A stretch of DNA of 63,761 bases, the filler included, from Choristocarpus tenellus KU-1152 (Eukaryota > Protista > Phaeophyceae): the NCBI GenBank assembly GCA_964200185.2. It is 12 parts of 12 records of this genome, joined end to end, with 100 filler letters (N's around TTAATTAATTAA, not from the genome) between each part and the next. Parts side by side here need not be neighbours in the genome. Positions count along the whole stretch, not along the records: positions 48,891 to 56,015 come from CAXNAD020006650.1; positions 56,116 to 59,946 come from CAXNAD020017687.1; positions 60,047 to 63,761 come from CAXNAD020018339.1; 9 more parts are not named here. One strand, written 5' to 3'. Of this stretch, positions 52,301-63,761 are shown piece by piece. The notes beneath the pieces were generated by a model. The model was not told where the DNA came from. It saw nothing but the letters and a program-made list of their open reading frames with translations, and searched no databases. The translations under genes and the position numbers were made by a program. Numbering within the stretch: position 1 is the first letter of the stretch; every line of letters starts with the position of its first letter.

Positions 52301-54960
52301 AATGTGGCGGATAAATGAAGTGATGAATTAATACAATTGAGTACCTTGTCGCTGATGATGTATTTCTTGGTAAGAGGATCCTCTGCTGCAGACTCTCCTG
52401 GTGAATCGTCGGCGTAGGGGTCTATCCCGAGCCTGTCCTTCTCTTTCAGGTCCTTCATTACCTGAACTGCGACCTCCAGGACGGCCCCCCTGATGAGTTC
52501 TTTCCTGGTGTGCATTAGCCTCAGGTATGCCAATTGCACCCTCCAGGGTTGCGCTTCCCAATCCTCCTCCGCCTTGGCGGCAGACGCCGGGTCTGGATCG
52601 CCGACTCCTGGTCTATTTTTCTCCCCCTTTCCTCTTGTCTTCTTCATTCCTTGGTCTTGGTCGGCTGGGGGCGTTTGTTCCGGACGCTCCTAAGAGTTTG
52701 GGAGAACTGTCGTGGAGAAACACATGGGTGCTGGATTGGTGAGTGACATGGATGACACGAGTGTCTGTCTTGCGGGGTATGAATTAGGTGGTAAATATTG
52801 CGGCTGTTGCAGGGTCAGGAGGGGGGTATACGCATATACATCCATACGTTACTTCAATCGTCATGGTCAAAATCGACTTACCCATTCCTCTGGGAATGTC
52901 TCCGTCCCGACAACATACGTCAACGCGAGCGCGTCAGTAGGCAGTTTTTTGGCTGCCTGCTCTGAGAAGACGTTCGCAGCCACTTCAACAGTGTCGCGCC
53001 ATCGATGACCTTGGGGAGTCTCCCCTCTCAGAATGGATAGTCCGATTCCAGCGAGAACATCAGTGCACATTCTAGCGAAATACTGCTCCTTGACCTCGTC
53101 CGTGAGCTACATTTACATCAAATGTGCGACAGAGCGTGGTTAGGATACCTATAAAGAACGAGCTTTGAGGATGTCGAGGAATTAAAATTGGCAGTGTATC
53201 TGCCAGGAGGGAAAAGCAGAGGGTGTGCGTAGCGCAACAGGACCTTACGGATATGTGGATCGCTGGAAATTGATCGCTCTACCGTTCGTCCGATCACGTC
53301 AAATCCTTCAATTACTGTCTGCCCTATGTCAAGTGTGCCGACGTTGAGTGGAGACAAAATGGTTGGGAACGTTTATCCCACCCTTGTCCTGTACATGTGT
53401 GTGAACTCCTCGCTGTTCTTAAGGGAATCCATGGTGGCATCCGGGTTGGCATTCCACAGCACAGTGAACATGTGAACCGCTCTCAAGTCGAATTTGTCCT
53501 GGTTGGGTGCGCGTTGGGTGAGTGGAGGATAAGGTAATATGAGTAGGACAGAAGAACGTGGTTGATGGTGTGTGTCATACGGTCGATAGCATTACACATG
53601 TGTAAAACGTCAATTCAAACTCAAAGTATTGGAAGGCAGGGGATACTACTGTGTTGTTGGACTGTTGGTGATGGGGTATTTCATGTACTAATGTTAATAC
53701 GGGTGCATTGCGCTTACACTCGATCCCTCGCGCTTCTTGTGCTCTCTCCACACACCGAGAAGGATCCTCCAGTTCTTTTGTCTCTCTGTTGGACGATAGC
53801 GAGGGGAAGAGAGGGGTGGGGCATGTTAGACCAACGACGTGGAATTAATATGGATATATTAGACGAAAGGTATGCAGTGCTTCACAGTCGTTTTACGAAA
53901 TGCTCCCTGTTCAAGGAGCCGTGAGAATCTCACCTTCTCCCGCGCATATGTAGACAAGGGTGGCGATCGGGTTGAATAATTGGATGGAGGTCTGGTCTGT
54001 GAGTCTATTCACCCTGGCTTCCATATGTATGTCCTCCCAAGCTTCTTTAAGGAATGCCTTTATCTTTGCAGCTACCCTCCTCTAAATAGCCATATGTAAC
54101 GCGGCATCGTCACTCCGGAAGTCTACACCACCTAGACAGTACTGTTTGCACTTGGTGACCAATGTCGCCATGCGCGTGCGACGATCAGAGTCCTCTTCCG
54201 TTTCATTGACGTAAGGGCGGGACCTGTCGCAACCGATGTCGCACCTATACTCCAGGATAGTGGCGACCCAGGACACTATCCAGTGGAATATGTCGAGAAG
54301 GTTGGGCATATGCGACCTACTGGCCGCCACACTCTCTCCTATCAAAATGGATTCAACCTTTTGGTTGTTGCAGTGCGGATAGATCTTCCACATGAAGCTC
54401 CTGTGATCACCTATCTGGAGGTTCGCTCCGACTTCCGAGGCCCATCACGTTGTGACATGCGGCGGGAGGTTGATGCCACCTGGGATATTTTCCTCGTGCG
54501 CGACGCAATGGATTTTCCTCAGCACCATTTTGCGGTGTTGTCCATTTAGGCAAATAAGAGGTTGTCGTCGTCATCTATATCCCTCTCATCGCCATTCTCA
54601 TCTACGTCCAGGTTACCGTTGGTGATGAAGGTTGTAAGTAGTTTGACATCAGGCACACTAGAGGGCACATTCGCCTTGTGCATGTCGGCATTGATGTCGC
54701 TTTTATGGTCTTCCATCTGTAGCACAGGGAAAAAGGCTGTCCACTCAGGATACACACGAGCCTATTGGCAGCAGCTACAACTGGGTCCAGTCCTAGCTTG
54801 GAGAACATAGACTCCACTCTATCGGTGTCCAGAAGGTTCGCGTTATATCTCTATGCCATGTAGGCAGACGTTGCGAGGTCCATCATGCAGGTCGCGCTGA
54901 TGTTGGGCATTACGATGTATGTGGTCTTTTGGTCTCCATTAGTTTTCGGGCGGCTGTCTG
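49400..54960 (-). pseudogene. Long degenerate coding region(s) of unknown origin (TE- or virus-derived?)
   Basis: Successive protein-like minus-strand ORF fragments (49616-50053, 49906-50415, 50458-50781, 50568-51356, 52285-52647, 52867-53357, 54082-54393, 54546-54755) broken by stops and frameshifts. No family recognised. Confidence 0.4.
50300..51190 (-). repeat. Three ~320-bp tandem coding-like repeats (~107-aa unit with a basic, NLS-like segment)
   Basis: cacgttccctgg anchors at ~50353, 50677 and 50994. Peptide unit SGG...VPGNV..HSVRRSEN...KKDKGKRKR.LIRKKRVRED. Confidence 0.85.
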
Positions 54961-55339
54961 TTAAAGCAGAGGGGAAATGTTGGGACATCGGTATCAGCAA
55001 AGACCAACGATGTCCACATAGGGGTGGATGCGACGGTTAGCCGAGCGCATGAAGGGTGTCTCTATATGAACATTGGTGGACTATGTGATTAATGATGACT
55101 GGATCTGCGCAGAGTGCAAGGTTCGTGTCCGTGCGTGGGCTATGCAAAAAGGAGATATGAAAAGAGCGTAGCAATTGCGTGGAAATGGGGACGGCGTAAT
55201 GCTTTCCTGTGAGGTCGCTATTTACCAAGAAATGTGAAACTGTTAACACGGTCAACTTGGGATGATTATGAATATGAATAATACGTACCAATATCGGACG
55301 CAACCTGGTGGGAATTTACGCGCAGATCGAGGTCAGATA

Positions 55340-55950
55340 TAGCGGGGGTGATCATGCACAGGTTTGCGCTTGACGTAGGGTGGGCAATAGTGAGTGCATT
55401 TCATGTGTTCTGTTGAACGGTGTACACAATCATTATCCAAAGCACGGCAATACCGTTGGGGTGTGTGTGTGTAGATTTGAAATGATACTCCTGAGCAGGA
55501 ACGCATTACGTCGAATCTCGAAAGTGAAAGGTGAACATGAAAGGGATTTACGTGCCAACCCGGGATAGATGTATGTAGGGCTACCGCGCACAGGTCTGTG
55601 CTTGACATATGGCAGCCAGTGATGGATGAATTTGATGTGTTCCATCGAACGGTAAATGCCATCAATTTCCAAATCGCAACAATACGGTCGAGGGCGTGTG
55701 TTTCCATTTTAAGTTGTAACAACCCGAGCAGATACACATAACGTTGAACCGAGAAAGTGATAGATGAAGATGAAAGGAATTTACGTGCTGACCCGGATTG
55801 GATGTCGGGAGAGCAATCACGCGCAGGTTTGCACTTGACACAAGGTTGATAACAATGAATGAATTTGATGTGTTCTGACGAACGGTAAAGGCCATCAAAT
55901 TCCGAAGCATGGCAAAAACGGTTTGGGAGTGTGTATGTATATTTCCGATT
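55340..55950. repeat. Tandem repeat, ~231-bp unit, about 2.6 copies
   Basis: gc(a/g)caggt(t/c)tg..cttgac anchors at ~55356, 55588 and 55820, with shared gaacggt..a and atgaaagg.atttacgtgc motifs. Confidence 0.8.
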
Positions 55951-58900
55951 TGAACCTTATCGAAAATGTTCCAATAGTATCGGAGCCCTTACAAGCGCGT
56001 ATCGAAGGTGTTACCNNNNNNNNNNNNNNNNNNNNNNNNNNNNNNNNNNNNNNNNNNNNTTAATTAATTAANNNNNNNNNNNNNNNNNNNNNNNNNNNNN
56101 NNNNNNNNNNNNNNNCCCCCCCACTCATACATACCCCGTTGGGGTGGTAATAACGATGTCTCATCCTGGTTGGCTGGGTGCATAATATTGTTCGTTTTCT
56201 TCCCATTGCGAAGGTGAGCGTTTCTCCCCCGGCGAAAACAACTCTATGAAACTGGCAGCAAGGCGTAAAGTCCCTTCGACCAGAGTCCTTCGAGGTACTG
56301 AAGGAAGTGTATGAGACCTTGTCACCACAGGTCGACTGCAATGCAGTCACACTGAACTATCTGAGTCGCGAGGAGTTTGCCGGCTTCACTTCTCTTAAGC
56401 AGGGGCTATGCATCCATCTGCTTGCCAGGCAAGTCAAATCACCACTGTGTTTTATCGAGTAGACAGCAGTAAGCGCAATGTGTGCAGGTCGCAGCACATT
56501 GCACAGGAACGTTCAATAAGTGTCTCCTACAATGAACAATGTAGTCGGCCATTGTTGTGTCGAACGAAGAACCGTTCGTGGTACTGTGGAAATACTACCT
56601 GCAGTGTGTGTTCCTGTTTATGTGCGCTCTTGTCTTTTCTCAACTACGAAAATCGTTCCATGAATATTTTCTGCAGTGGCGACCTTTTCCTCATCATTAC
56701 CTGTGCATCGTTCTCGTTGACGTCCTTCATGGCCATTCTCTTTTTGCAGGTAGAGGTCATTCAACGGGAAGGTTCCTACGGGGAGGGACTACAAGGACAT
56801 CGAATCAGACGCGCACATGTCTGAGATGGTTGTCTCGCGCACCAGGCAGATTGTACCCAAGGAGAAGTGGACACCAGAGATCCAAAGGTTGGTAAATGGT
56901 GCAGTTGCAGCGGTTCTCTTTTTTTGCCTTTTCCGTATCTCCTGGGCACCCATACGTCGCCATGCGCCCCTCAATCGTAAAATATGCTGTCCGTGTCTTT
57001 TTCGGCTCCGTACTTATTGATTGTTGCAGAACTGCTCTGAATTTCGGACGTTACGTGAATGATGCATGGGCTGCCAGGGAAATGGACAGGCTCGCATATG
57101 AGAAGTGCAATATGCACGACCTCTGGGTCAAGCCCCACCACGAGGAGAGGAAGAGGGAGGTGGCCCAACTTCTGCAGAAGGTTTCATCTGTCGACCAACA
57201 AGCGGGGCCCGTCCGGCAGCTGAGGGCAAACATCTCGACGGTAGTAGGAATGAACCTCTGCAACGGGTCAGAGCCGTGAGTTTGCCTCCTGTGTTCGTAA
57301 TTACATTTGTGCTGGCCTGTACAAAAACAAGTAGTTGACGCTTGGTAGGATTGGTGGTGGGTCTTCGTCATCATCATGAGCAACAGCGTTGCCTTCCTTA
57401 CAACAAACGATGCTGTTTTGTCAGATCTAGGTTTTTATTGCTAATAGCGGGAATAGCCAATCGTTGCCTTCAACTCTAGGCAAGAGCTTGGTCAATCTCC
57501 ACCTCGTTTCTGCCTCCAACACGTGTCCCTGTCATAACCTACAGACTGGCTGGCGTCCTCGACATTGACTTCTTTCAAACTATTTCGCCCCGCAAGCCGC
57601 CTCCATTAAACACGTTCACCACGTCAACCGTATCGTTTGCTCTGTTCGATTGACATGCTATCGTTCTTCCATTACACTCTCCCATTTTTGACGTCACCAT
57701 CGTCCCCTCCTCTCCTCAACAACGTCCTCCGCCGTGTCCACCACCAGATTCTCGAGAAAGACTCGATTCTACGCGCTTACCTCACCACCTGGGATGGGAA
57801 ATACCAGGATGTCCTCAACCAGGTCAACCTCCACCAGGTTCACTGCGGGCGGGGCTGTGATGGCGGCGGTGCAGACGTCGAGAGCAACAACGGATCGGCA
57901 TCAGATGGCCGTGAGAAAGAAGACGAGGGAGGGTACGAACACAAAGGAGGGGATGGAGACGAGGGAGGGTACGAACACAAAGGAGGGGATGAAGAAGAGG
58001 GAAGAGACGGACTGCCAGACAGGGAAGATACGGGCGAAGGGGGTTCTGTTGGCAGCGTTCCTGGTGCGGAAGAAGAACAAAACAGCCATGGAGGGTGGAA
58101 CGCGGGCGTTTGCTGTACTGAATGCAATCCTCCACCTACGTCTCGGTGAGTAATGTAGTTGTAATGGTGCACACGGGGATGGCGGGTAATTAATGGTGTA
58201 AGATTGGTTTTCATCCAATCTCCCAAGCGGCTAACTAGGTTGTCTCTTTTCAGCGGTGCACGCCATTGAACCGGTGGATCTTGCTGGGTCCCTCTCTGTG
58301 TGGCGCTGCGGTCGCTACCCCCACGTCTCTTTATTTGCCACAGCCCGATTGTGTGTTAATGCATGTACATCACCGACTGTTTTTTCTCACCTGTACTACT
58401 TCGCACTGTTTTGCGCCACAAATTTCGTGGTCCTTGGTAGCCATGGATCCCCGCATTGTGTTGTTGCGCCCAATTAATGATTTGGAAAAATACTATATTG
58501 TCTGTTTGATGCTCTCGTTCGATGCCGTGCGTGACAGGTATTCATGCCCAAAGTGCTCCATCACGCACATGGGAGAATGTGCCTACGTGGAGATCGTGGG
58601 CGACGAGAGGTACAAGGATCGATTATGTATCAATTGCCCCATGGCACAGGAGGGCAGTGAAGGGTCTGGATCGGTGGGGAACGAAGCGGCGGGTCGGGGC
58701 AGGGGCAAGGGCAAGGGTAAGGGTCACGCAAGGAGCGTGGGCGGGTCACCCAGCAGGCAAAGCCTTTTATGCACCCCCTCACGCAGCGAAACGGTGGATA
58801 TGGAGAAGTGCATGTGGGTCTCGGCATGGTTGCACATTATACGGACATACAAGTCGTCTCTGTGTGTTCGGTTTCGCATTGGTTTGCACGTGGGTCTTGG

Positions 58901-59786
58901 CTGCTTGTCACATCATGTGGATTGCTCGTCCTTTGTGTGTTGGGTGTGAGGTTTTTTTGGAGGTTTCCATGGGCCATGGAACTTAGTGTTTTGACGTCTA
59001 TCCTCCTCCCACGAGATTTATCTGATGGGTCTGGCGTTGTGGAGGGTACGGCTTGACATTTTGGGGATGCCGTGGAAATATTGTCAGGATCTCACTTAAT
59101 GATACGATTGCCTGCACCGTTGCTTACGACGCTGTCCTTCTTGTCGTGCTGTCTGTCTACTGTTGTGTGTCATGATGTCCAAGCAGGAGTGAGAACACTG
59201 CACTACACGACCTTCGCCCTCTCGACCCTACAATACCCTTAGACCGCCTGAAAGAGTTCGCCTTCCGCAACGCACCAAAGCTCGCCATAGTGTCCATTGC
59301 CACCGAGCCAAGACTCGTCAACAACGAAGAGGCGACCAACACACTTGCGCCAGGTGGTTAAGTGCTTGCAGGTGAAGTTACATCCTCAGGGCAACATCGC
59401 GCTATTTGTGCCCCACCCGTGGGCCACGCAAGCACACCGCCTACACGGTGAGTTGCGGAGTTTGCCAGCGCTGAAATACGGGGTGCATTGCGGGAAACTA
59501 TTGCAATCCGCCATGGCCATTATCAGTCCGTCCGTGTGCCCATCGAATATTGTGCGGTCGTTCAGGAGATGCCGATTATGTCGTGTGTCTTTCTTTTTTG
59601 CTTTCCACATGTTGTTTCATGCTCTTCGTACCTTCTATTTCCTTTTGTGTCTCTTGCTCCTTCCCCCGAGTCCTTCGTAGTTCTTTGTTTCATTGTCCGC
59701 GAATCGCATTCTGGTGTTACTTGTCTTCACTACATCATTTTTGCCCTCTTTCCTTCTAATACAGAATTTTCTATTATTTGCATTTT

Positions 59787-60115
59787 GGGTCAAAGTATCT
59801 GGAGGGGGGTGGCGGCTGTCCGTTTGGGGTCAATTTTTTCATGTCGCGTTTTTTTGGTGATTTGGTTGCGTACGTCGGATGGATAATGTAAATGCACTTT
59901 TCCTTATTTTGACCTAAATGGACACCCAGGTGTAGACCCCCACCCCNNNNNNNNNNNNNNNNNNNNNNNNNNNNNNNNNNNNNNNNNNNNTTAATTAATT
60001 AANNNNNNNNNNNNNNNNNNNNNNNNNNNNNNNNNNNNNNNNNNNNCAAAAATCGCGACATGAAAAAATTGACCCCAAATGGACAGCCGCCACCCCCTCC
60101 CAGATACTTTGAGCC
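59787..60115. mobile_element. Two partial MITE family A copies flanking a spacer (59787-59946 reverse, 60047-60115 forward)
   Basis: gggtcaaagtatctggagg...aatgtaaatgcacttttcc; caaaaatcgcgaca...cagatactttgagcc. Confidence 0.78.
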
Positions 60116-62279
60116 AAATCAGAGTTCCCTTTTTGAGGGTTCCACACGCACATACACTGCTCGCGTTGGTTAGAGCGCGGGAAGAAATGCTTGCGCTATT
60201 TGCCTGTAACAGTGTAATCAGGAATGGGAGGAATATCCTCCTACCTAGTAGATAGGTGAGGTGCACCGTCCAATCCTTAGTTGGTCTTGAGAGTGCAGAC
60301 ATTGGGCCTAGGGTTAGAACCCTTCAGAAGCTGGAGGGGATTCATAAATCGATAGTGCAAAGTGCAAGCTCAAGCCAGTAGTCTGGATGTGTCCGTTGCC
60401 CCTCAGTCAGTCATTATGTTGGAGTGTTGGGAAAGGCACAAGGTCAAGCGCTTCACCATCCCACAAACTGGAAGAAAGAACCAAAATGGCGAGTTTAGTT
60501 TGCCGCTATCATTAAGTGGATGCACCTGATACACTTTTGATCCTGTGGGGGTGGGCAGCTGCCAAAAATATAAGTCTATCTCACTTCAGATTACAGTTCC
60601 GACTGCTTGAGTCTGGAGTACTTGAGATTCTGATATGTGGTTAAATGACACGGGCACACTGCCAGGTCCACCATATGAAGCCCTCCTTCCATCCACCACA
60701 AATTCCTCCTTCGGTGCATTGGATTTCGCAAACAGGAACACAATGATTGCACATTATCCTGCAAAGACCCCCCGATGCAGGCTAGGTCTGAGAAGTATCG
60801 AGACCACTATGCGAAAACCCAGGCTCCTATTCACTGAGCCAGTTGCATCCATGGAGGATGAGCTAGTGTCATTCCAAGGAAGCTGTGATATCTGGTGTGC
60901 TTCATGCTAAAGGGTCACCTAAGGTGATCCAAGTCACCATAGACACTGAATGCTGCATGCTGCTTTCTCACTGCATTTCTCTTTTTGGGCTGGTTATATT
61001 TTGTCCCTCCTCGTTTGTTTCCTGCTGCATCCTTTCTGTCACATGCAATGAGTACTCCTTTCGGATGACATGTACAAGGCGTGACTCATTTTGACAAATT
61101 TTCTTTGGTGTTAGTGTATTGCACCTACGCTTGTTTTGTTACTTTGGTACAAACAGTGAGTTCCTTCTCCTTTTTTATTTTTTTATTTCGTTTCGTCACT
61201 TCTTTTCGCTTTTCTTCTTACATAGTACAGCGATACCAATAGCTTCGCGGTCTGTGGCAATCTTGCTTTTTTTCACTGTCTTGCCACGAGAGGTATGCAA
61301 CAATATACATATCAAATGAACACTTATGCCGAGAGGGATTGAAGATTTGCATGCAGGAATGTACTAACTCTAGCTTACGGGGACTATATCCCGACTAAAG
61401 AATGGACAAAATGGGAGGGAATAACTCCGGGGCAATTGTGATGGTCACAACCTCAAAAGATACAAAAATGAAGTGGTTGGCTGAATTTCCTACTAAAAAG
61501 GTGGTCCGGGACAGGCCCCTTTCATCTCACGATGCGGGTGGATATACGGGAAAAAAAGCAAGATTGTCGGGTATCTTTTTAACACCTTTTGCAGACTTTC
61601 TGTGAACACACACACAGGTGACCCACACAGCAATATGGACCACGACGATGAGAAAAGGAGAGCCGCCGAGGCCACTCTTCCCCCTGGATCTACCTTCGGC
61701 ACCTTCTCTGTCGAGAGCCAACAAAAAAACAAGTACCGTGTGACATTCGGTGCGATGTTAGGTGACAAGAAGGTGCGTGTACTCTGGTGCAGCAGCCTGA
61801 TCGAATCGCGCAATGGACCACGCGGCCGCGACACTGACGATGAGAAAAGATGCATGGAAAGCATTACCACACAAACGTGGTTGGATCTTCATCCACGTCG
61901 GAGCACTGCTCTGCATTCTCTGCTGCCTCGGGAAAGCAGGAAGAGAGCAGCGAGTCCATCACCACGTGTGGTAGAGTGATGAAGACTGTGGCGAGCCTGG
62001 TCACGGTGGACGAAGGGAGAACCAGAGTGACCAGCCTAAGGGAAGACTCGGGAGGAGAGCAGTGCGACTGTGTGCCATTGCGCTCAGGAAACGCCTAAAT
62101 ATACATATATACATATCAAGGTTGTGCCTGTTTGGTATTAAACTCCTATAAAATTTATACCCTATTCTTTGCATTACGTCCTATCTTCATGTTTACATAC
62201 CTTCCTTAGTGTTAAATATGGTCCTAGATACTCAGTTCCTTATATTTTGTCCATACCCATAACCTGACTCAGGACTTCT

Positions 62280-62459
62280 GACCCAAAGTATCTGTGGGGA
62301 GGGGGGGGTCTACACCAGGGTGTCCATTTGGGCCATGACCAGGAAAAGTGCACTTACAATGTCTATCCAACGTATGCAACCAAATCACACAAAAATCGTG
62401 ACACGAAAAAATTGACCCCATATGGACAGCCGCGACCCTCCCCCCAGATACTTTGAGCC
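62280..62459 (+). mobile_element. MITE family A, complete copy
   Basis: gacccaaagtatctg...cccagatactttgagcc, TSD TTCT/TTCT. Confidence 0.88.
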
Positions 62460-63761
62460 TTCTTCCTCTTACATAATACCTAACCACTTCCTCAAACCAA
62501 CAAACCAATATATAAGTGAAGTTTAGTACGCCTACGTATGTGATATAAAACCCGGAAGGCTGACACAAGGGATCATGAAGTTCATGTGTTGACAAAATAT
62601 ATACGTCAAGGGAACACTTCAAGGAGAGAGAAATAAAGAAACAGGGGGAACGTCCAGATCCTTAGATCACGATGAAGGTCGCTATGATGGCGAAACTATT
62701 GCTGCTCGCACTTGTGGGCCTAACGCAATCCCAGGCCTTCATGATTGCACCTTCGCAAGGTTTGTTCATTGTTTCGAGTGACGGTTTGCTACTGCCTGCT
62801 GCAAGGGCTAAATGCACATCTGGATCGTTTGAGAGCTTGTCAATGTCTCCCTTTGTTGTCTCTATGGTTCTGGTCGTTGAAGAGTTCCGCGATGCTAGAG
62901 TCTCAAGTCCCTCAATGGTGGACATGCTGATACCATGTACCAAGAGATGAAGGGACCTTCTTCCAAAGGAGGGCCTTCCACCTCAATTTAATGCTGCTCG
63001 CTGCGGTTCTGATGTGGAATCTCTCTCTCTCGTGTTCTCTTATCCTGACCGTCGCTTCTATAACCTTGCTACTGCAGGTGTATTGGGCAGGACAACAGCT
63101 GGTGAGGAGTTACTTAACGATAGTAGGAGCGACTCACATCGAAGGGACAGGGTCCTAGCGGTCTTCCACGTGCATGCAATGATATTTTAATTGAGTCTAT
63201 TAAAAATCTTAAGGCTATAGACTGTCCGGTCTCGAGTACTCTTTACGTCATAGAACTGGCCGTTCCTCCGTCCGAAAGGCACTCTGAATATCGTTTTCAG
63301 AATTTTCGATCCTTATCTCAGCCTCAAAACTCACCACATCCCCAATTAAGAATATGGAAGTTGATGTGCTTGAGAAGAGCATGTATGCCGAAGGTTGTTT
63401 GACTCTGAAGTCTACGCAAGTTTCTGCAACAACGGTGTAGCAGCAACCATGATGAACGAGCTTTTCTGCGAAGTCTGGTACGAGGCGAACAAGCGAGATT
63501 GTGGCGCAGAGTGAGGAGTAGATGGGCTCTACTACACAGTCGCGAATTCTGTGTAAACCCTCCGGGAATGTTCTTAGTTCCGTCCTAAAAGTCCTAGGGT
63601 GGCACAACACTCATCCAGATTACGCTCTATCTGTCCTTGTCCCATTATGCTGCTACCTTGCACTTCGGCACTTTTCCGAACCTAAGATGACTCGCCAGGT
63701 CATTGAACACAATTTCAGTGTGTTTTGCACTTGTAGCCTCCCCTGGATCAAGATCACCCTC

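Overview
Eukaryotic, intron-rich genomic DNA. TTAGGG-type telomeric motifs, the splice signals and the gene content fit a photosynthetic stramenopile such as a brown-alga relative (inference). The window is not one contiguous locus: it is 12 contigs joined by 11 artificial 100-bp spacers (N44-TTAATTAATTAA-N44), so adjacency across spacers means nothing. Three multi-exon genes can be spliced by hand with consistent phases, all partial. (1) An ABC1/UbiB atypical kinase on the minus strand, with 2 of its 9 donors being GC. (2) A histidine kinase on the plus strand whose DHp hairpin is split by a ~140-aa insertion and whose G1/G2 boxes are degenerate. (3) A plant-type TyrA arogenate/prephenate dehydrogenase on the minus strand. 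Several low-complexity orphan exons are also present. Non-coding DNA is dominated by three MITE families sharing a GAGTCAAAGTA-like terminus with 3-4 bp TSDs, a Stowaway-like foldback element, tandem repeats, dense interstitial telomeric hexamers, and a long degenerate coding region (49-59 kb) of unknown TE or viral origin. No rRNA, tRNA or CRISPR array was recognised. I found no clearly new multi-gene system; the best leads are the aberrant histidine kinase and the shared-terminus MITE group.
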